A DNA stretch of 64,000 nucleotides, from assembly GCA_964508365.1 (NCBI GenBank), contig CAZDTP010000009.1, forward strand, positions 865 through 64,864. The letters run 5' to 3'. This stretch comes from an uncultured archaeon. Its GTDB lineage: Archaea > Asgardarchaeota > Lokiarchaeia > Sigyniarchaeales > SOKP01. Under the pieces are notes generated by a model. That model did no database searches, was not told the DNA's origin, and saw nothing but the letters and a program-made list of their open reading frames with translations. Position numbers and translations under genes: made by a program. This document shows, piece by piece, positions 35,173-42,349 of the stretch (within the stretch, counting starts at the first letter, position 1; every line of letters begins with the position of its first letter).

Positions 35173-36351
35173 TTAATTCTGCTGGAAATTTGAAATTAAC
35201 ACATTCTTAATTTTTTCAAAATGTCCTAAGTTAATCAATAGTAAGTCGTTTAAAGCATCCGTTAATCCTGTTATTTCTATTTTTTCAACAATTTTATAGT
35301 AAGGACTTTTCTTAAGATCTTTTGTTAGAGCTTTATTCTCTTCAATTCCATTCAATAAATAGTCTCTACAATTTATTTCCTTGCTTCCCAATATCCTTTG
35401 AATAATAGCAAGCAACATCGTATCAAAAGTGACTCTTAATATGATTTCTCGGTCAAAATCTTTTTTAATTTTGAATAGATAATCCTTAATTAGTAAAATT
35501 GATTCTTTAAACAGTTTAATTGAATCGTTTCCAAGTTTTTCTATTTTTTCTTTAAAATCAACATTTCTTAAGGCAGTTAAGCAGATTGCTGAAACCGTTT
35601 GGTATTCAGCAACAAAATGGATGAACCTTGCTTTGGTGTTAAGCATAGTATCTTTAGATTCAGCATCATCAAGCAATTCTTCGAGGTTAGTTAACGATTT
35701 TTGGAAATAAGTAGAAATATTATAAAATTTTTCTGCCGCAGCTTCAAATTCTTTATTTACTATTAAAATTTGAGCCCGTTTTTCTTCCTCTTGATAGAGA
35801 TCGTCAAATTTATTGATTTTCATTACAGCTCTTAATATTAACTGCTTTCCTCTATCTTTTGTAATTTGAGATCGTTCAAACGCTTGTCCCGCTTTTAAAA
35901 GGAGTATTGAAGCCAAATTAGAATATTCTTCAGGATCTGACTCGTATAAATAATCTGATGCACTATTCCAACTTTCACCAGCTGTTTCCCAATCTTTCAT
36001 TCGAAATGAGATATTACCCAGCTGAATTAATAATTTTGCCGATATTTCATATAGTTTTAATTCTTCAGTTTTTCGAATTATTGATTTCAAGCGATAAATT
36101 GCTTGAATGTTGCTTTTAAACTGTGATATAATCTGAGTTATTCTAATATAGATTTCATCTAACTTAATATAACTCCCTAAATCAAGGTAAATTTGAGCTG
36201 CTTGTTCGTATTCTTTAATAGAATCATCTCCTTTACCTTTATCGGCTAATTCTTCAGCAATGTCAATTAATCTGATCGCTTCAGCTTCCTTTTCATCTTT
36301 TTCGTCGTTGTTATACATAATCAAATTCTCCAAGATAGTTCGATAAATCAA
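35173..36351 (-). CDS. all-helical repeat protein (TPR/SNAP-like)
   Basis: 392 aa with recurring helix-pair segments carrying A/Y/L at TPR-like positions (EYEQAAQIYLDLGSY, FRMKDWETAGESWNSASDYL, LLLKAGQAFERS). Fold assignment is by eye only. The start is TTG 36351 or ATG 36318. Confidence 0.35.
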   Translation of the reverse strand: MIYRTILENLIMYNNDEKDEKEAEAIRLIDIAEELADKGKGDDSIKEYEQAAQIYLDLGSYIKLDEIYIRITQIISQFKSNIQAIYRLKSIIRKTEELKLYEISAKLLIQLGNISFRMKDWETAGESWNSASDYLYESDPEEYSNLASILLLKAGQAFERSQITKDRGKQLILRAVMKINKFDDLYQEEEKRAQILIVNKEFEAAAEKFYNISTYFQKSLTNLEELLDDAESKDTMLNTKARFIHFVAEYQTVSAICLTALRNVDFKEKIEKLGNDSIKLFKESILLIKDYLFKIKKDFDREIILRVTFDTMLLAIIQRILGSKEINCRDYLLNGIEENKALTKDLKKSPYYKIVEKIEITGLTDALNDLLLINLGHFEKIKNVLISNFQQN

Positions 36352-36466
36352 TATAGATTAAATTTGTAATTCTATTCAGTAATCCAAATGCGATAGTTCT
36401 TTAGTTATTGAATGAAATTAAGCTTATTTAAATTTTGACCATAAAAAATAGAATTCTATTTATGCT

Positions 36467-37366
36467 CTAAAAATTATCAAATAGTCTGATATTATCTTTT
36501 TTCATTACTTTTTTAAGCTCAATAGCCTGATAGACAGACGCAAAGCATTCAAAGCAGTCTTCAATTGCTCCATAAAAAATAAAATTAGAATACCAAGAAG
36601 CAATAAACATTACACTCGCTTTTCGAGCTTTTGTGTGGAATTTTTTGTTTAATCTTGGTGAAGAATATCTAAAGAGAAAAAGAGTTGGTGCTGTACCTAC
36701 GGGAAGTTTGAGAGCGCTACTAACAATTTGTTGAGTCTCAAGGATGTGTGAGAAACTTTCAATATCGATTACTCCGCCATCAATCCAAATTTTTTCAATC
36801 CCAATTTTCTTTAATCCATCTATGATATTTACATTTCCAGGTTGGCTATTCTCTGTAATGTAAGCGTATCTCTGAGTCGATCTCATGTTATTAGAGCCAA
36901 GTATTAAAACTACAACCGATTTTATTCGATATTTCTTGATTAACTCAGTTTCTTTTGCATTTCTGAGATTTGATACGGAATTGTAAATATAATCCTCTGG
37001 TTTTATCCCTCGTTCGTTCAAATGTTCAATTCCAGCAATTCTTGCTTCAAAACTACCACCTAAAACGAAGGGAGGGTTATAATGGTCCAAATAAAAATCT
37101 AAGTATTTCACCATTGCATTTGGCGTTGTAGCAGAGATTTCGACCAAATCTGAAAGTTTATATTGAGAAGCTAGACTCTTTTGAGCATCAATTCTTTTTC
37201 TTGCTTTAGTTTCATCAAATTGGTGCTCATATTTTCTATCAACTAATGTTTGACCTTGATAGAACATTGTGCCGATTAATACTGGAGGGTAAAAAAAATT
37301 ACCATATCCTAACTTAACATTGCCGTATAAATAATAGTCCTCATTCATGGTTGTTTTAAAGCACAA
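36467..37366 (-). CDS. MtrH-family (pterin/corrinoid) methyltransferase-like protein
   Basis: YPPVLIGTMFYQGQTLVD...FDETKARKRIDAQ...VEISATTPNAMVKYLDFYLDHYNPPFVLGG...IYNSV follows the MtrH N-terminal pattern (PTVLIGSIFY..., AMIKYIDF..., PFLIDS..., IYNSI). The likely true start is ATG 37348. Confidence 0.6.
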   Translation of the reverse strand: MCFKTTMNEDYYLYGNVKLGYGNFFYPPVLIGTMFYQGQTLVDRKYEHQFDETKARKRIDAQKSLASQYKLSDLVEISATTPNAMVKYLDFYLDHYNPPFVLGGSFEARIAGIEHLNERGIKPEDYIYNSVSNLRNAKETELIKKYRIKSVVVLILGSNNMRSTQRYAYITENSQPGNVNIIDGLKKIGIEKIWIDGGVIDIESFSHILETQQIVSSALKLPVGTAPTLFLFRYSSPRLNKKFHTKARKASVMFIASWYSNFIFYGAIEDCFECFASVYQAIELKKVMKKDNIRLFDNF

Positions 37367-37446
37367 ATAAGTATTTAAGAAATTATATTTTACATCAATT
37401 ATAATTTATCTTATTTAATTGGATTGATACTTCGACGCTGTTGAGG

Positions 37447-38646
37447 CTAGAATTTATGCAATTTTACTCCACAGTTTTTACAGCGACTTTCTGTTAAATC
37501 TTTAAAATGAGATTCATGAAATAATGATTTGCAATTATCACACCTTAAGATATCTTGCCCTTCCTCAAATATTAAATTACAAACAGGGCAAGACTTAAAC
37601 ATATCATCAGAATCTAAATCGCCAAATTTTATTGACTCAACATGAGAAAGTTCCGGCGTTTTAGGCTCTTTTTTAGCTTTTATCCTTGGTTTGGAAAGAG
37701 ATGTGAGCTTTTGAACTTGAGACACTTCAGTTGGAATCTTTAATAAATAGAAGCAATGAGGGCATCGAACTGTTCCCGCTTGTATCATTTTTCTGTCTTT
37801 TTGGGAATTAGCCCAAGAAGATAAACAGTGAATATGATATGGTGTTTGGCAATTAGGGCAATAACGACCGCTAACATAAAAGGAACTTTTAGTGTAGGGA
37901 TTTATATCTGAAAAGCAGATCGAACATTTTTTATAATCTGCTAAGCCTCTTATCTGTAACAATCTTTGTTCTTGATCTTTTGTCAGATCATGGACTCTTA
38001 AAAGATCAGCTGCTATTTTTCTAAGAAAAGCGGGATTTTCAATAATTGAAGTTTTCCCGTCGCCGTAAGTTTTAATATTAGATCCTGCTAAATCATGAGC
38101 CGCTTGTAGTAAAGATTGAGCGTCATTATTGTAATAATAGTTTCCCCCTGTGAGGTCGCTCATCCTTTTTAAAATATTGAGAGGAGAAAGTTCACCCAAT
38201 CGAAATGTATCTATTTTTACATTTAATCCTTGAGCTAAACGTGCCATTTTCAATGGATCAATAGAAGTAGTAGTAAAATTGCCATCCGAAATAACAAGAA
38301 TTCGAGGAACTTTAGCTGATATCTTTCGTAATTCAGAAATAATTAATTTAATAGAAAGTCCTAGGGCTTCTCCCAGAGCTGATTTTCCAGAAACCTCTAA
38401 ATCATCTAACACTTCAAAAAGTATTTTATTATCATTTGTAAAATCCATTATTTTTTTTGGTTTATTCGAAAATTGTACAATTGCGAACGCACTTGAAGTA
38501 TCTTGAGCTAATCTCTCACTTATTAATTTTTTCAAAGCATCTATACTACAATTTAACCGATTTGGGGTATAATCTGCTCGATACATTGATCTAGAGGTGT
38601 CGATGCAAATAACAATATTTTCTGAGTGCCATTCAGCCAAATTCAA
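37447..38646 (-). CDS. vWA-domain protein with two C-terminal RING-like zinc fingers
   Basis: MIDAS DTSRSM plus SGKSALGEAL and VISDGN define a vWA domain (aa 10-190). Finger 1 (37753-37926) is CSIC-x17-CPNC-x4-H-x2-C..W..-CPHC. Finger 2 (37471-37590) is CPVC-x12-CDNC-x4-H-x2-H-x9-CKNC. TTG start. Confidence 0.75.
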   Translation of the reverse strand: MNLAEWHSENIVICIDTSRSMYRADYTPNRLNCSIDALKKLISERLAQDTSSAFAIVQFSNKPKKIMDFTNDNKILFEVLDDLEVSGKSALGEALGLSIKLIISELRKISAKVPRILVISDGNFTTTSIDPLKMARLAQGLNVKIDTFRLGELSPLNILKRMSDLTGGNYYYNNDAQSLLQAAHDLAGSNIKTYGDGKTSIIENPAFLRKIAADLLRVHDLTKDQEQRLLQIRGLADYKKCSICFSDINPYTKSSFYVSGRYCPNCQTPYHIHCLSSWANSQKDRKMIQAGTVRCPHCFYLLKIPTEVSQVQKLTSLSKPRIKAKKEPKTPELSHVESIKFGDLDSDDMFKSCPVCNLIFEEGQDILRCDNCKSLFHESHFKDLTESRCKNCGVKLHKF

Positions 38647-38823
38647 ATCCCATTTACGCTTTTAAAAGAACCCGTAAGTTTCTCTAATAGAATAATCTAA
38701 CAAATAGAATAAAAAATTATGTTTTTTCAGAAAACTAAAATTTTATTAATTAGATATTTTACTATAAAATAAAGTTACACTATAAATTAAAGTATAATTG
38801 ATTTTAAATCCGATGAGTCATTC

Positions 38824-40032
38824 ATGTCTGAAGAGGAGACAAAAAGCGTTGTGATTAAAGACTTCTTCAAAAGTTCTATAATTATTAACGAAATAGATGA
38901 AGCATTAAAATTCAAGCCAGATTCGCTAATTGGAATTGATCAAATTTCCTCAGACAAACTAATAGAAAATAACATAAAAAATATTGAGGATCTAGCGAAA
39001 TTATCGCTCGAGAGTCTTCCAATTATTGAAGAAATTCCTACTAGAGTTCTTCAGAAATGGGTAAGAATCGCACAAGTACTTGAAAAAGCAATCAGAGAGA
39101 AAATAAAAACACATAAGAAAATCTTAATGATAGGTTTGGATAATGGGGGAAAAACTAGCATTTTAGCAGTTCTTCAAGAGAAATTCTCTATAATTAAATC
39201 TCTTCTACCGACACGAGGGGTACAACGCGAGAAATTAGATTTCTTTGGCTACCCCATACTTTCATGGGACCTAGGCGGTCAGGTGCAATACAGAGAGAAG
39301 TTATATTTTAACAGGCCTGAATTATTCTTTACTGAAGCTGATTTGGTACTTTATGTTATTGACACACAAGATACTGATAGATTTGCAGAAGCTGCAAATT
39401 ACTTCCGTCAAGTATTAAAAGCATTGGTTGAATTAAATGAATTCCCTCCAATCATGGTAGTACTCTCAAAAAGTGATAAAGATATTCGTACTTCTATCAA
39501 ATGGCAAAACAATGTATCTGCGATAAAAAATAAATTCGATCATATTATTGTCGAATATAAAGAATTATCAATCAACTATGGTGATACGACAATATATCAA
39601 AAAGAAACTATCATGCAAATGTTCAGCGAAGCTTTGAAATTAGTTTCTGGAACTTCAGAGATAATTGAGAATATCATAGAGGACTTTACTCATTCTATTG
39701 ATGGTAAAGCAACGAGCTTAATTTCGATGGATGGTTTAATTTTTGGAAGTTTCACGAGCTCAGATATTGATGAGGCTTTACTAAATAATACAGCTCTAAT
39801 TATGCAAACACTTTCGAACTTTCATAATTCGATAGGATTAACTAGAGAACCTTCAATCACGCTTGATTTTCCCTTAAATGGATTTGCAATTCGAGGAGAA
39901 AAACTTTTTGAATATTCTGAGCTAAAAATACCAGTATATTTGTGGATACTTAGTGATAATTTCGATTTACTTAATGAGAAAATCGATTACTTTAAACAAC
40001 AGCTTTTACCATTGATAAATTTATTTCTCTAA
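38824..40032 (+). CDS. Arf-like small GTPase with N-terminal HhH-like segment and C-terminal Roadblock/LC7-like domain
   Basis: GTPase (39115-39639): G1 GLDNGGKTS, G2 LPTRG, G3 WDLGGQ, G4 LSKSDK. The C-terminus (39655-40029), SIDGKATSLISMDGLIFGSF...ALIMQTL...ITLDF..FAIRGEKL, fits Roadblock/MglB-type patterns. In the N-terminus, LIGIDQISSDKLIENNIKNIEDLAKLSLESL is HhH-like. Confidence 0.75.
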   Translation: MSEEETKSVVIKDFFKSSIIINEIDEALKFKPDSLIGIDQISSDKLIENNIKNIEDLAKLSLESLPIIEEIPTRVLQKWVRIAQVLEKAIREKIKTHKKILMIGLDNGGKTSILAVLQEKFSIIKSLLPTRGVQREKLDFFGYPILSWDLGGQVQYREKLYFNRPELFFTEADLVLYVIDTQDTDRFAEAANYFRQVLKALVELNEFPPIMVVLSKSDKDIRTSIKWQNNVSAIKNKFDHIIVEYKELSINYGDTTIYQKETIMQMFSEALKLVSGTSEIIENIIEDFTHSIDGKATSLISMDGLIFGSFTSSDIDEALLNNTALIMQTLSNFHNSIGLTREPSITLDFPLNGFAIRGEKLFEYSELKIPVYLWILSDNFDLLNEKIDYFKQQLLPLINLFL

Positions 40033-40064
40033 TTTTACTTTTTTTCAACGCATAAAAAACTTAT

Positions 40065-40274
40065 TTATTCGCTTATATCAGCTTTTGCTAAAATTAGATA
40101 TTCAGTACTCTTATCCATCATTTCAATAGCTTTATTTAGTTTTTCTACGACTGAGGTTAATTCCTTCTCTTTTGCGATATCTCTCCATTTTATGTAGCTT
40201 TCTTTATGGGCTTCGTTATGATTCGCCCAATGTTCGCATAATTTGGACAGTTTTAATATTTGTTTATCTACCAT
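40065..40274 (-). CDS. small helical His-rich protein
   Basis: 69 aa from ATG 40274 (MVDKQILKLSKLCEHWANHNEAHKESY...). The longer track ORF (to 40340) adds an N/Y-rich AT-driven extension that I consider non-coding. Confidence 0.35.
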   Translation of the reverse strand: MVDKQILKLSKLCEHWANHNEAHKESYIKWRDIAKEKELTSVVEKLNKAIEMMDKSTEYLILAKADISE

Positions 40275-40371
40275 AATTATGTCCTTATAGTTAATTGTGC
40301 AAATAAATAAAAAGTAATTATTATAGTTGTTATACTTCACTATAATAAAATGTCTTTATATCTCAAAAATT

Positions 40372-40397
40372 AATTGATTTTATAGAATTGATTTTAT
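40372..40397. repeat. 12-bp direct repeat AATTGATTTTAT x2 (14-bp period)
   Basis: Copies at 40372-40383 and 40386-40397, in the 149-bp spacer between the V4R gene stop and the small-protein start. Confidence 0.5.
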
Positions 40398-40423
40398 CTA
40401 GAATTAATTATGTTTATCGAAAT

Positions 40424-41020
40424 TTAAAGCGAAGCTAAAAATTCAGATACTGCGGCATCAGAAAGCTGTTCATCTATTAATTTATCATCAATTTCTTCTG
40501 AGAGGAGATCAAATTTGTATGAACATTTCTCGCCTCCTGTTAAAACGCACTCTACTTCACTACCATCAACATCGATCCCAAGTACTTCAAAAAGACTGTT
40601 AAAAATTCCAAGGTATAGTAAACATAAGTTTTTAGCCGATATATTGCCTACTTCTTGGGTTGCTAAAGAATCGTACACATTTATGATAATATGGTCTTTT
40701 TTAAACATCCCTGTGAGCCCACCGTACCCCATAAGCATTAAGACCTCGATAGTTCCAAAGACAACTTCCTTTTTAATCTCCATTGTTTCTTTACTCCAAT
40801 CCTTGTTAGCAAAAAACTTCTCCAAAAATATCTTGCCTAGAGATTTCCCTACCCATATCAGGATATCTTCAGCATTTGTTCCAGCAAATTCGCAAAATTC
40901 CATTATCTCATTTGGACGTAGCATGACAAGCCTCATGTCTTTTTTTTTTTCACCTAGAAATAGTTGTCCTTCTTTTTCCTCAATATTTATCTGTAATTCT
41001 TTTTTGAGACGTTTAATCAT
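40424..41020 (-). CDS. V4R (4-vinyl reductase) domain protein
   Basis: GTNAEDILIWVGKSLGKIFLEKF ... LMLMGYGGL ... IIINVYDSLATQE ... NLCLLYLGIFNSLFEVLG ... EVECVLTGGEKCSYKF reproduces the V4R pattern, including the terminal E-x-x-C-x3-G-x2-C-x-F. Confidence 0.75.
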   Translation of the reverse strand: MIKRLKKELQINIEEKEGQLFLGEKKKDMRLVMLRPNEIMEFCEFAGTNAEDILIWVGKSLGKIFLEKFFANKDWSKETMEIKKEVVFGTIEVLMLMGYGGLTGMFKKDHIIINVYDSLATQEVGNISAKNLCLLYLGIFNSLFEVLGIDVDGSEVECVLTGGEKCSYKFDLLSEEIDDKLIDEQLSDAAVSEFLASL

Positions 41021-41145
41021 GATTAAATCCTTTTATTATTGTTATATCTCTTAACTAGCAATATCTTTAAACTTATTTAATATAATAGAAATTTAATCGG
41101 CTAGGCTTATAAATTTATTGTTAAACTAAAATTTTTATAGATTTT

Positions 41146-42183
41146 CTAAGCTGAGACTAAGGTAAAAATCGTGTTTAATACTTTTTCAATATTATAGCTA
41201 GTTTTAACGGATGTAAAAACAAATGTCCAATTGTTATGCTGCAAACTATCAAATTCAAAAAAGTCAATAATTTCTTTTTCTGTTCTTTTTATTTGATCAT
41301 CATTATTACTATTGTTATGATTAATTAAATCAATCTTATTACCAAGGATTATAAGAGGAATATCTTTTAGATCATTTTCGTTATATATTTTCCAAAACTC
41401 AGTTTTTGATTCGTTAAAGCGTAATTGGTTAGCAACATCGATAATATAAATAATTATATTTGAATCTTGAAGGCCTAATAACCACTTTTCCCTAAAGGTG
41501 CTTTGCCCTGGGCTATCCCATATTGAGAGAAGACCATCTTGTCTCTGGATATACTCAATGTTGAATCTTTTACTCGGTGTAAAAAAATTGTCGTTAAACT
41601 TACCTGTTTTGATTCTCCTTGTAAAGGAGCTCTTCCCGGTTTCATCCAACCCAAAAAGAAAGACCTTTGTAAACAATCCAGAGGGATGAAATGAAACTTC
41701 AGGAGCTTTTTCAAGTGTTTCATCCCCAAATCTTTTTATATCAATAAATAATGTGATTAAGAAGTTTTCTATTTCGGTATCGTCTTTAAAAGAGCAACAT
41801 CTTTCAATATTTAATAATTCATTTGACATATCAACAAAAATTTCTCGGTAATCGTATGGATTATCGTCTTTTTCAAATACTAATCCGATAAGCATTTCAA
41901 TATTAATGCATATAGTATAGAGGTTTTGGTTCCCAATCAATTGAGAAACGGGATTGCCAATTACAAACGGATTAGAGGTATTCTGCGTAGAATTTGTTTT
42001 ACTTTTGGATATGATTTTTTCACAACAATTATCTTCTAGGGATCCATGATCGTGTCCTTGGATGATTTTTAATACTATTTCTTTATTATCCTTTTTGTCT
42101 ATATCTTCGGGATAACTATAGATATCAAGAGTGTCTAAATCAAGAGTATTTTTACGCTTTAATAAAAATATTTTAGATAACAC
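41146..42183 (-). CDS. Arf/SR-beta-like small GTPase with ~170-aa N-terminal alpha/beta domain (possibly longin/roadblock-like)
   Basis: GTPase (41149-41670): G1 GLDETGKSS, G2 FTPSKRF, G3 WDSPGQ, G4 GNKIDL, G5 TSVKT. The N-terminal domain (41704-42183) has no recognised motif. LYTICINIEMLIGLVFEKDDNPYDYREIFVDMSNELL is compatible with a longin-type core. GTG start. Confidence 0.75.
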   Translation of the reverse strand: MLSKIFLLKRKNTLDLDTLDIYSYPEDIDKKDNKEIVLKIIQGHDHGSLEDNCCEKIISKSKTNSTQNTSNPFVIGNPVSQLIGNQNLYTICINIEMLIGLVFEKDDNPYDYREIFVDMSNELLNIERCCSFKDDTEIENFLITLFIDIKRFGDETLEKAPEVSFHPSGLFTKVFLFGLDETGKSSFTRRIKTGKFNDNFFTPSKRFNIEYIQRQDGLLSIWDSPGQSTFREKWLLGLQDSNIIIYIIDVANQLRFNESKTEFWKIYNENDLKDIPLIILGNKIDLINHNNSNNDDQIKRTEKEIIDFFEFDSLQHNNWTFVFTSVKTSYNIEKVLNTIFTLVSA

Positions 42184-42349
42184 AGAATTTTCCTTATCAA
42201 TTATTCCCTTAAGGATGTAAATAAAAAATGCTTAAAAAAAGTTTGGAATTGGTAGATGTTCTTTCTTATAAACTTTATGCTATTGATTCGTTAATAAACA
42301 AACAGAAAAATAATAAAACGTGCTAAATTAAGAATTTTAAGGAAACACT

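Noticed and set aside
40515-41054. 179-aa ORF on the plus strand across the V4R locus
   Set aside because: It lies fully antisense to the well-supported V4R gene. The translation is S/P/I/F-rich low-complexity sequence with no motif. This is a typical shadow ORF in an AT-rich genome.
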